This document shows, one piece after another, positions 25,056-36,995 of a stretch of 64,000 bases of DNA. The first letter of the stretch is position 1. Each line of letters begins with the position of its first letter. Below the pieces are notes generated by a model, which saw nothing but the letters and a program-made list of their open reading frames with translations, had not been told where the DNA came from and made no database searches. A program made the position numbers and the translations under genes. Origin of the DNA: Felis catus (lineage: Eukaryota); assembly GCF_018350175.1 (NCBI RefSeq), contig NC_058379.1, positions 19,220,001 to 19,284,000 of the forward strand, written 5' to 3'.

Positions 25056-26311
25056 TGGGAAACCAGCTAAATTGCCCCCTTGTGTCTCAGGTCAGGATTC
25101 CTGGCCCAGGGGTCTGCCCCATAATCCACAGGGACTCTGCAGTCATGGCATTCCCACGTGGCCTAGAATCCTGTGCACAGGGGGCTTGTGCACAGAACCT
25201 GTCCCTCTGGCTTGAGGAGGGCCCAGGGGTCTGAAGGCCCCTCCTGGCTATGCCTGCCCCATCGGCTTGTCAGTATGGATGCTCTGAAAAGATGTTCAGG
25301 GACTCACCAGGCCTATGGGAATAACAAGAAGAGAAGCCCAAGGACTAAAGGCAGGAATGCATGGGTAGACCAGGGGCCCAATGGTGAGGTCTCTATGAGA
25401 GATGGGAGACGTGGAACCTGGACAAGGAGGCTGGTGGGTTGGGGAGGGTGGGAATGCCAAGCTGTGCATGAGTCTCTAATGTCATACAACGTCAAGAGAA
25501 TTTGGTCTCCACCAAAGGGGTTAAGGGTCAAGCTTAGGTGTGTGTTCATGGATCTGGCTCTGGCAGCTCAAGGGTGGGACTAGACAGGTGTTGGGAGGCC
25601 AAGGGGCCCAGGAGGAGGCTGTTAGGGAGAGAGGCCTGCACCTCTTTGAGCAGTGGGGAGGGAAAGCTAGGCAGAGAGGGGTGAGGGAAGAGGGTGGGGT
25701 GGTTCTGGGCTCCTGCCCAAGCGCTGGGGAGATGGGGATGGTGACGCCCTTTACTGAGCTGGGTCATATGAGGCAAGGCCAGTTTCAGGGCAGGAGATGA
25801 ACACACCCAATCTAAGCTGCCTTTGGGACATCTGAGCTGAAAGAGAGGTCCATCCCCACAAAAGGGATCTGGACCTGTCAGCAAACATTTGTTGTGGCCA
25901 CAACTCAGGAGAGCTTGGAAATAGTTAGAAGAGGCAAAGGGCTCAAAGAGAATGCTGGAGGACAGCAGCATTTGGGGGTCATCAGAGGATCCCCCAAAGA
26001 ACCCTCCAGACAAGCCCAACCCCAGAGGAGGTAGGTGTCACAGTACCATGTTTCGCCTCCAGGGAACCAGTCTAAGGGTTTTGGAACCTACTTATCACCT
26101 CCCTGAAGCCCTGGATGTACTGGCACTCTCCCCATCCAAAGGGTCCACGTGTTCCTGGACAGTTGGGTCATCACTACCTGGGAAGAGACTCCAGCAAGCC
26201 TCAGGGGAGGAGACAGACAGAGGGGAATGGATGTGAGAGGCTAGCTTGGATGGGGGCCTGGAAAAGGAGAGCCCAACTTCTGGCTCACTCAATTCTCCTC
26301 ACCACTCACAG

Positions 26312-26440
26312 GACCTGGGCCTCGAGGGGACCCTCCTCACCGACATCCTCTATAGGAATGTGGCCTTCCTCAATCTGGTGGACCCTATCTCCCATGACCT
26401 GCTCGTGAACCTGGCCCGTGACCTGCAGTGCCCCAAGACG
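26312..26440 (+). CDS. LRRC75B: LRRC75B exon 2
   Basis: DLGLEGTLLTDILYRNVAFLNLVDPISHDLLVNLARDLQCPKT; CAG/GTGAGG flanks; 129 nt. Confidence 0.95.
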
Positions 26441-27885
26441 GTGAGGCCAGTAGGCATGGACCTCAGGCTGGGCCGTGTGGCTGACAGGAGCCAGGAATGC
26501 CCAGGGCTGGGGGCTAGGAGCCTCGGTCCTCAACTGGCTTGCTTTGAGGCCTTAACCAGGTCAATGTCCCTCTCTGGGACCTGATGGCAGCTTCAGTGTA
26601 TTAGGCTAGCAAGCACCTGGAACACAGGTGAGCTATGCTTTCCTACACCTGAAAAGCTGTGTGTTGCGTAGGCCTACTTCCTGAGTGGCAGCACTGTGTG
26701 CCAGGACCAGGGACCCAGGCAGGAAGTCTTACGGGGATGCTGTGGGACATAGAATGTTCTGACAAATCCACTTATGGAATCAAACTCCAAGCCTCTGCAT
26801 TCCTGGGGCCAGAAGAAAGCCACCATAGGCTGGAACCCCTGTCCACATGTCCCCATCCTGTATGGATACACTTGGGGATGAATGCTCACTGCTTCCCATA
26901 GCAGTGTGAACCATAAGCAAATCCTTCCTCATCTTGAATTGGCGTCTGCCACCGGCAGCCTCCATCACCCCTCCTCCCATGCCACTACATCTGCTCCCAA
27001 CCCCACTCTACATCCTGCCACAAGCACTGAAGGTCCTGCGCTCCTGACACAGCCACCAGCCCCCATCCCTTAGGCCCAGTGAATCCCTGTGCAAAACAAG
27101 AGTGCCCACTATGGGCCCTGCCAGCTCTGAACTCCTACATCTATATGCAGGCATCACCAAGGATTCTGAGGCTAGCCTAGGGCTATCATAGTGACTGCCA
27201 GGGCTTGCTGCCACTGTGTGTACGCTCTGTTAACAGAGGGACAGGATAAAGAATGTGCTGGGTAGTGGAGCGTGCTCAGTGCCAGCTTTGTGGAAAGCAG
27301 AGCATCCCTGTTTTTCCGCCCCAAGCTAGGTCTCTACGAGGGCCCACTCAGGACCAGAAGAGAGCCGGGTGGTGGTGATGTAACACATTGACCCTCCCAG
27401 CCCTGGCAGCCAGACCCAGGCCCCACGGGCACGGTCTAGTTTTGGAGAGTGAGAGGAAGAAGAGCATGCTGACCTGGCTTGTTCCTATTCCCTGGGGGTG
27501 GCGTCAGTGGAGCAGGGCTCCCTGGAGGGGTCTGGTCCTGCCTCCCCCTGTGGCGAGTCCCCCCGGAGCGCTGAGGGTGGGCAGGGAGCCGGCTGATAGC
27601 CCGAGACACTGGCCTTGGGCCTGAGGACAGGGAACAAGGCCCCATTGTCTAGGCATCCTCCCGCCGGGCACTGCGGGCCTCAGACCAGCCTGTCCAGCTC
27701 CCAATGGGCAGCCTCCCCTGGCTCTGTGCCAGGCCACAGCCAGGGTGGGGGGTGGGAGGGGGAGGCTAGTGGGCAGCTCAGTGATCCATGATGAATCATG
27801 TGCCGGAGCACACACTTGGATCCCAAAGGCCCAGAGGGGCATGGGAGGGGCTCGGCCTCATCCTGACAACACTGCCTCCTTACAG

Positions 27886-28001
27886 GACTATGAGCTCTGG
27901 AAGTCCTCGGACAAGATCTGCCGACAGCTCATCTACCACCTCACCCCTCGCTCCAAGCGGCAGCGAGGATCCAGCCTGCTCCAGAGGAAGACCCAGAGCT
28001 G
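27886..28001 (+). CDS. LRRC75B: LRRC75B exon 3
   Basis: DYELWKSSDKICRQLIYHLTPRSKRQRGSSLLQRKTQS; CAG/GTAAGG flanks; 116 nt. Confidence 0.95.
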
Positions 28002-29514
28002 GTAAGGGGAACCCAGCCACAGCCCTGCCTCGTGGCCCCTTAGGGTCCCTTCCTAGGCTGACATGGAGAAGCAGCTCAGCAAGAGGCTGGTGCCTGAAAC
28101 CCCACCATGTGACCCCCTCACCCTTGTCTGCATCACAGCTGTGGAATGCCCCCAAGCCAAACTGCACCCTCTGTGTGACCTGCCTCCTGCTTTTCGCTCA
28201 CCTCTCAATCCCTGGCCTATCACAGGGCCTGGACCATACCCGGACCAAGATAACCCCAGCAGGCGTAGCAGGCGTCAGCTGAATCCTCACACAGGCTGTG
28301 AGGGAGGCAGATTCTGGGTCATGATTCCCATTTTATAGGGAAGGAAACTGAGGTTGGGAGAGGCAAAATGGCTTGCCTGAGGCCACACTCTGCCCTCATG
28401 TTCCTACAGCTCTTTGAAAAGCCTTTGCCAGGCAGCCTGAAGCCGAGGCCTCCGCAGTGAGCCTAGTAGCCTGCTCTGCCATGGGGTCCCCTTCCCAGTC
28501 ACTCCATCACCATTTTGTGGCCAGACTCAGCCTAGTTACCTGCTGCGGACATCCAGGTCGAGGGACCTAGAACCACAGCGCTGGTGCTCTCCCCTGCTTG
28601 CTCCCTGCCGCACCTCTGCCACCCTTCCCCTCCTTGAGCCTGGTGGTCCATGATGAGCCCGGGGCCCATGAGATTGTTTCCTGCCGTGGTGGTTAAGGGC
28701 CCTGAAGGTGGTCCCACTACCCATCTGCCTAGTGGTCCATGTTCAAATGACAGGAGAGACCTAGAGGGAGGTTCGAGGGGCGGTGGAGGACCCTCCTCAG
28801 TCTCTAAATTTCTTTTCTAGCTTAGAACACAGGGAACTCTTCACCGCCCTTCACCTTCCACCTGCCCGCCCCCACACCTCCCAACACCTCCCCTTTTTCT
28901 ACCCTGGGCCTGTCCCCTCTCTAGCCCTCAAGACTGGGGGGACAGCCGGATACCCTATCACCCTCACAGGAATGTCTATCTTTACCCCTCTAAGGATTGA
29001 CCTTAGAGGAGGCATGGGAAAAAAGGTGAGGGCAGGAGTCAGAGCACCTTAATTTGAAGACCCAGTACCCTCTTAGTGGTGTGCGAGCATAAAAGAGTCC
29101 TATCGCCTCTGTGAGCATCATTTGCTCCTCTGCAGAATGGGATAATCATTCTTACTCAATTAGGTTGGCATAAAAATAAGTGAGACAATAGGTACAACAG
29201 GTGTGGTGATGCAGGCACACAGGAGGTTTTTATAATAATAACAGCTCATGGAACCTTAACATGTATATTTATTCCTCACAACAGCCAGGCCCTCTTGTCA
29301 TCAAAGGAGAAACTGAGGCTCAGAGAGGTTGCAAGAATTGCCCATGGCCACCCACGTAGAAAGTAGCAGTTTGATCCCAGCTTGGCCTGATTGTAGGGCC
29401 CAGGCCCTGCCACCACTGAGGGCTGCCCCAATGGGTCATTGTCTACAGCCAGTAGGGACCTGCCTTGGCCATGGACCCTTGCTCAGTCCATCTTTGCCTG
29501 CAACCTTTCCACAG

Positions 29515-30040
29515 CCTCAAGAGCAGCCTCCAGGTGACTCAGCTGGCTGGGGAGACCGTGAACCTGTCGGGGATTCCACTGTCGGCGCGGGATGTGCAGC
29601 ACATTGTGCGCTACCTGGGAAACCAGGGAGCCGGGCTCACGGTGCTGGACCTGAGCTTCACGGGGCTCAGTGATGAGCTTCTGCGCCTGCTGCTACCCAG
29701 CCTCTGGACGCTGCCCCGCCTCACCCAGCTCCTGCTCAACGGCAACAGGCTGACGAGGGCCACTGCCCGTGAGCTCACTGAGGCCGTCAAGGACTCCACC
29801 AAGTTCCCCGCGCTGGCCTGGGTAGACCTGGGCAACAATGTGGACGTGGCCTCCTTGCCCCAGCCCCTGCTGGTCGGCCTACGCCGGCGGCTGAGCCAGC
29901 GCACCTCACTCCCCACCATCTATGAGGGTCTGGACCTCGAGCCTGAGGGTAGTGAGGCCAGGGCCACCTCTGCTGCCTCCACCTGGGGCTCTGCAGCTGC
30001 CGAGCCAGGGTCGGAGCCCCAGGCCTGCTGCACGAGGTGA
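29515..30040 (+). CDS. LRRC75B: LRRC75B exon 4 (LRR repeats, stop)
   Basis: (C)LKSSLQ...LTVLDLSFTGLSD...LTQLLLNGNRLT...VDLGNN...QACCTR*; spliced CDS totals 948 nt = 315 aa. Confidence 0.95.
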
Positions 30041-33000
30041 CCTGCCACCACCCTAGCTGCTGCTACCTGACTGCCAGTGGCACATGGGATGGGGGATGAT
30101 GGAGGCCTTCTAGGTCCCCAGAAATCCAGTGTAAATACTCAGCCTGGGATTAAGGGGATGGAAGGAGAATGGGTTCACTAGAGGCCAGGATGGAGTCTCA
30201 GACTTCCCTCAGCAGGAGGGCCCAGAACCTGCTGTGCCGATCCCACAGTAAACAGAGATGCCCCCCTCTGCCTCAGCCTTTCTGCACCATGGACCTCAGG
30301 GCCACTGAGTGCCAGCTTGCTTCTGGGGTGGGGAAAGGGGTGGCCAAAGACTCAGGGACACTGCACACCTGAAAGGGAGGGACCAAGCTCTCACTGACTT
30401 GCCCCAGTATTACTCCCTGAGAAGACACCAAGGTGTAGGGGTCAGGTCCATCTGTGGGCTGGGGAGTTAGGGGAGGCCTCCAGGGACCTCGCCTTCACAT
30501 CTGGGTGGGGCTTGGAGAGGAGCAGTTGGGAGGGCACAGAGGGGCAAAGCTCAGAATGGAGCCACACAGCAATCTTGGGCCTGAGCCCAGGATGCTGACC
30601 TCCCCACCAGGGAGGACCCCTTGGGCTGAGGACAAGACTGTGCTGACAGGAGGCAAGGTTCATCTCCCAAAGATGGACAAGTGCTGCCCACCACCCCTAG
30701 GACACCCCCCCCCCCCAGGCTCCCTGTACTGAGTCAGTGGGGAACTCCATGGGGTTAGGAGATACCTTAGACCAGAGACAAAGGGCTTGTGTGTTCCCTC
30801 CAGGCCCTGGAGGCCCGTGTGCACAGTCCTCCCCTCTGGGGGACTCCCAAGAAAGCATGCAGAACGTGGGGGTGGGTACATCCAGCAGCAGGGGACTTGG
30901 GGTGGAGCATTCTGAGGGCTTCCCAGGGGTAGTCTGCTCCCAGAAAGGGGCTATCTTCCCTCCCCACAAGCACCATCAGGGCAGGCTCTGGATCAGAAGC
31001 CTAAAGCTATGGTCAGCCTCACAGCCTTGTGCGGAGAGCTGGAGTACAGCCCAACTAGGAGTTGGACAGGGCAAAGACAAGGAAGGAATTTGAACATGTT
31101 TGGGGGGGAAACTGAGGCCCAGAGTGGGGAAGACAGCAGCCTAAGTCTCCCATGCAGAGCCAGGTCAGGTCTGGGGCAGTGGGGATCCTCACAGATGAGG
31201 AGAGACCTGGAGGCAGAGAAAAGCCCTCTGGGCCAAAGAGAAGGTAGGACTCTCCCGGGCCCACCAGCTAACCCTCCTCCCCAGTGGGGCCCACAGGGGA
31301 CCATGAGTCAGCACGGATTCCAGGCTGGCTAGAAATGCAACAGCCCCTTGAGTGAGAAAGGAAATGACCAAGAAGGGTGAGGACAGGGAGGTACTGAGTT
31401 CCAGGACCAGGAAGGAGGTGGGGAGGAAAAGGAGCTCTCTCTCTACTGCTGCCTGCCCACCCCAAGGGCAGGCCCCTGCCAGTCTGGCTGCTTTTGGAGA
31501 AACCTTTATCCGGAGGTGGTGAGAAGGGTGTGGAGAACACCAGGTTCAGCCCAGCTCTGCTCCTGACTTACTGTTGGGACCTGGCCAGGGCCTCCTCTCT
31601 CCCTGCCTTGGGTAAATAGGACTGCCTGTCCATAGTACCTTCCAGCTCTCAACCCTCCAGCCTGGAGTCCTGGCCCTGTCAGTCCTCCTTGTTTTAAAGA
31701 CACGGACTTGCCCATTGTGCTCTTACTCTGGAACAGGGGGCTCAGGCTCCCCAGAGCAAGGCAAAGTGGGGTGGGAGATGAAAGGGGCCAGCTTGGAGAA
31801 GGATAGGGAAGCCAGCCTTGCACTGGGCAGGCTTGTAAGTCCGTCACAGGCAGGCAGCAGTGTTCTCCTGTGACTCCTTGCTGGAGAAATGCCAAGCTCT
31901 CTGGCCCTCCTGCCCCCCTCACTCCCTGCCCACCACTGGCCCAAATCCAGCCCACAAACCTTGAACGTTGCCGCTGGGAGAGACTCCTACCGGGATGGTG
32001 TGAGGACCTGAGCCGGGTGTCACTAGGCGAGCTCTGGGAGAATTCAGGCAGCGGCAGCTGGTCTCAATCTCCCCGCCTCTCAGACGGAGGCATGCAATGC
32101 AATAGCTGAGCTAGAGCACAAAACAGCTCAAGAGAAGAGGGTTGGCTTTGTTGCCAGGCAGGTGTCCACAACCCCTTCACGTGCCCTCATGTCAGGGCCT
32201 CACGGCCACCAGTGAGGCTACTCTACAGGCAGGTACACTCCAAGAGGAGGGGGCTTGTGTCTCTCAAAGCTTGGTGGGCAGAGAGGACATGCCAGGCGGG
32301 CTCCAGCCCGAGTTCCAGACCCAAGAGGAAGCAGGTAGGCCTTGCCCAGCCCCAGTCTTGGAGGCAGACAGACTCAGCCTGGTTCTGGCTCTGTCACCCA
32401 CTGGTGGTATCCTCTCAGGGTCCGTTCCTTCATCTTGGGAACCAGGTATATCAAGTCTCCCCTTGCCCTGTTGGAGAGAGCATTATATAAGGTTTGGAAA
32501 GTGCCTGCTACGTGGGGGGCACAGGGCAGGCACTCTTCAGCGTCAGTGGGGCCTCCACCCAGGGCTCTCAGAATGGAAATGGCAGGAGCCCAAACCTTTG
32601 GGACTAAAGCCGAAGCCATGCATTTATTTGGAGGGCACTTCTGTAGCCTTTCTGTTGGCAAAGTATTGTTCTGATGGCTTTACGTTTCGTTAATGCTCTT
32701 CATACTTATGAGTGAGTAAACTGATACAGGGACAGGTTAAGTGATCTGTCCAAAGTCAAAGAGCTAGAAACCGGAGGAGCCGGGATGTGAGGGGGAGGCC
32801 CACATTGTCTGTGATGCTACCCCCTGCCTGAGGCTGCCTATCCTACAGCCAGCCTGGGGGCTGAGGATTCACTGGAACTCTTGAGCAAGCCTCTGCCAAA
32901 GACACCATTCGATACAGGAGACCATCACAGCGCTCTGATGGCAGACGTCCTGCTGCGGGAGGGACCCTCAGCCACATTGCCCCTAAAGCAGGACCAATCA

Positions 33001-33289
33001 GGACCTCTCTGGGCCTGTTGCCTCATATACAAAATTGAGGAGGGGGGAGGGGAACAGTGAGGATCTAGGCTTTGCCCTCTTCCAGGACTGAAAGGGACAA
33101 ATGGGGAGTGGGTTCAGAAGTACTCATCAGACCAAGTGAAGCCCAGCCTCATACTCAGGGGTGCAGGATCCATGCCCACATCAGACAGTCTGGGACAACT
33201 CCAGCTGCCTTCACCTCTCTGGGCATCAGCCTCCTCAAACCTAAACATGCCTTGCCAGGATGTTAAGAGAATCAAAAGGAAACATGTAG

Positions 33290-34230
33290 AAAAGATACCT
33301 GTGCAGGGCTTGAACTCAAAAACTATGAGATCATGACCTGAGCTGAAATCAAGAGTTGGACGCTTAACTGACTGAGCCACCAGGCACACCTTCAATTTTT
33401 TTAAATGTTTATTTTTGAAAGAGACAGAGTGCAAGTGGGGAAGGGCAGAGAGAGAGGGAAACACAGAACCTGAAGCAGGCTCCAAGCTCAGAGCTGTCGG
33501 CACAGAGCCCGACACAGGGCTCGAACTCACGGACCACGAGATCATCACCTGAGTCGAAGTCGGACACTTAACCTACTGAGCCATCCAGGTGCCCCTTAAT
33601 TTTTAAAAATTGTATCATTTTTGGAGCACCTGGGTGGCTCAGTCAGTTAAGTGTCCGGCTCTTGATGTCAGCTCGGGTCATGATCTCATTGTGGAGTTCA
33701 AGCTCTCCATCGGGCAAGGCACTAACAGTGAGGAGCTTGCTTGGGATTCTCTCTTTCCCTCTCTCTCTGCTCCTTCCCCACTCTCCCTCTCTCAAAATGA
33801 ATAAACTTTAAAAAAAATTAAAAAATAAAAAATAAATTGTATCATTTTTTAAAATAATTCTTCATTGTAGTACCATTGAAATATAATAGACATAACAAAT
33901 GTTACAATTTATAGTGTACACTATAGTATATTTTGACTTCATGAAACCACCACCACAATCAAGACAGTAAAGATATCTGTCATTTCCAAAAGTTTCCTTG
34001 CCCCTTGGTAATGTATCCCTCCTGCCCCTCCTTGTCCACCCCCTTCCCTAAGCAGGGGGGGCCTTGACCTGCTTGCTGTCCTTTCACATTAGTTTGCATT
34101 TTCTAGAGGTTTTTTTTTTTTTTTTTAAGTTTATGTATTCTTTTAGTAATCTCTACACCCAACATGGGGCTCGAACTCATGACTGTGAGATCAAAAGTCG
34201 ACTGCTCTTCCAACTGAGCCAGGTACCCCT
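33290..34230. mobile_element. Cluster of Can-SINEs in both orientations with L1 3' fragment
   Basis: SINE copies at ~33300-33391(-), 33392-33595(-), 33623-33835(+), 34109-34229(-). Confidence 0.85.
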
Positions 34231-36995
34231 ACAGTTTTAGGTATATGGAAGAATATGGGGTGTATTCTTTTTTATACGACTTCTTTCACTCAGCATAATT
34301 ATTTTGAGACTTCCATGATGTTGCCTACATCAGTAGTTCCTCTTAATTGTTGAGTAGTATTTTACTGGATGCATGTACCACCATTCATTCCCCTGTCGAT
34401 GGATATTTGGGCTTCCAGTTTTTAGTTCTCACAAATGAGGCTGCTATGAATATTCATGTACAAGGTTTTGCATGAACATATATTTCCTTTTCTCTTGTGT
34501 AGTGGTATCTCAGTGTGGTTTTCTTTTCTTGTAATATGATTGCCTGCCTGGTTTTCTTTATTAGGGTAATGTTGGTACCCTGCTCATAGAATGAATTGAG
34601 AAACTATTCCCTTCTCTACTTTTTTAGGAAGAGTTGGTGGAGAATTGATATTATTTCTTTCTCACATATTTGGTAGAATTCCTCAGTGAAGGGACATGGG
34701 CCTGAGGTTTTTTTGTAGAAGGTTTCCAGTTACAATACCAGTTTCCTTAACCAAAATAGGACTATTCAAATTAGTTACATCTTGAGTAAGCATTAGTATG
34801 TTGGGTCTTTTAAGGAATTTGTCCATTTCATCCAAGTTGTTAAATTTGTTGGCATAAAACTTTTCATAATATTTCCTTTCAATATCTGTGGAATCTGCAG
34901 TAGTCACTTCTCTCATTCCTGAGACTGGTAAATGTTTATTTTTGAGAGACAGAGAGAGACAGAGCACAAGCATGGGAGGGGGGCAGAGAGAGAGGCACAG
35001 AATCTGAAGCAGGCTCCAGGCTCTGAGCTGTCAGCACAGAGCCCGATGCAGGACTCGAACTCACGAACCACGAGATCATGACCTGAGCTGAAGTCAGACG
35101 CTTAACCGACTGAGCCACCCAGGCACCCCCATGTCTTTTTGTTGTTATTGTTTTTCTTTCCTAATCAGTCTGGCTACAGGTTTATCAATTTTATTGATCT
35201 TGTTAAAGAATCATCTTTTGGTTATATTGATTTTTCTCTATGGTTTTTTTCTGTTTTCTGTTTCACTGACATCCATTTTGATCTTTATTTCCTTTCTTAT
35301 GCTTCCTTTAGATTTTATTGGCTCTTCCTTTTCTAGATTCTTAAATGAATCTTCTTGTCTGGTATTAATATAGCTAAGATAATTGATCTGAGACCTTTTT
35401 TAAAAAATGTTTTATTTATTTATTTTTCTGAGAGAGAGAGAGAGAGCAAGTGGAGAGGGGCATAGAGAGGGGACAGAAGATCCAAAGCAGGCTCTGCATG
35501 ACAGCAGCAAGCCCGATGTGGGCTTGAACCCTTGAACCATGAGATCGTGACCCAAACTGAAATCGGACATTCAACCGAGCCACCCAGATGCCCTCTTTTT
35601 TTCTACTACAGATGTTTAATGCTATAAATCACACCCCTCCCCCTGCCACCAAGTTCTGTTTTTGTGGCATCCCACAATTTCTGATATGTTCAGTGTTTCC
35701 ATTTAAAAGGCAGTTCAAAATACTAATTTCTCTTTTGGTTTCTTCTTTGATCCATGGTTGTGTGTTATTTTGTTTTCAAATAGAGATTTTTCCAAGGATC
35801 TTTCTGTTAATAATTTCTAATTTAATTTCGTTGTGGTCAAACAATGTAGTTAGCATGGTTTTGAAGACTTTTGAATTCTGGTAAATGTTCTGTGTGCACT
35901 TGAGAAGAATGCGCACTTGAGAATTCTGCTTTTGTTGGGTGGTTCTGTTAAGTGTTAATCAGTGGGTGATTAACCCAACAGTGGTGTTGGGTGGCTCAGT
36001 GGGTTAAGTATCCGACTCTTGATATTGGCTGGGGTCATGGTCTTGCAGTCGTGGGATTGAGCCCCAAATCAAGCTCTGAGCTGAGTGTGGGATTCGCTCT
36101 CCCTCTCTCTCGCCCCTCCCTCATTCATACTCTCTCCTCAAAATAAATAAAAGAAACATTTAAAAAATTAAAAAATAAACATTAATCAAAATCAAGTTGA
36201 CTACTATATCCTTGCTGGTTTTCTGTCTACTTCAGCTATCAACTATTGAGAGGGGAATTAAAACCCCTGACTGTAATTGTATGTGTCTATTTCTTGTTGA
36301 ATTTTTTGCATCATGTATTTTGAAGCTTTATTAGGTGCATAAATGTTTAAGATTATTATGGTTCCTTGACTAACTGACCTTATCATTGTGAAATAACCAT
36401 TATCCCCCATATTTCTTGCTTTGAAACCGATTTGTCTAATAATATAGATATAGCTACTCCAGCTTTCCTTTGATTAGTTATTAGAAAGGGTATTATCTTT
36501 TCCCATCCTTTTACTTTTAACCATTTGTGTCTTTATATTTAAAGTGTGTTTCAAAAAAAATAATAAAGTGTGTTTCTTACAGGTACACGCAGTTGGGTCT
36601 TGCTTTTTAAAATTTTTGTTTATTTTTTTATATACATAGATTTTTATTTTATTTTTATTTTTTAGAGAGAGAGAGCATGAGCTGGGGAGAGAGAGAAAGA
36701 GAGAGATAAAGAGAGAGAATCTTAAGCAGGCTGCATGCTCAGTGCAGAGTCTGACCCAGGGCTTGATCCCATGACCCTGGGAATCATGACCTGAGCTGAA
36801 ATCAAGAGCCAGACGCTCAACCAACTGAACCACACAGGCATCCTGGGTACTGCTATTTTAAATCAAATCTGACAATCTCTGCTTTTAAATGGGAATGTTT
36901 ATACCATTTACATTTAATGTGATTACTAAATGTGATTACTAATTACATTTAATGTGATTATTGATATGGTTAGTGTGGTTATTGATAGGCCATTA

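Noticed and set aside
33114-33548. Recurring ORFs containing AQVMIS...SSPASGSVL
   Set aside because: Translations of Can-SINE sequence, not genes.
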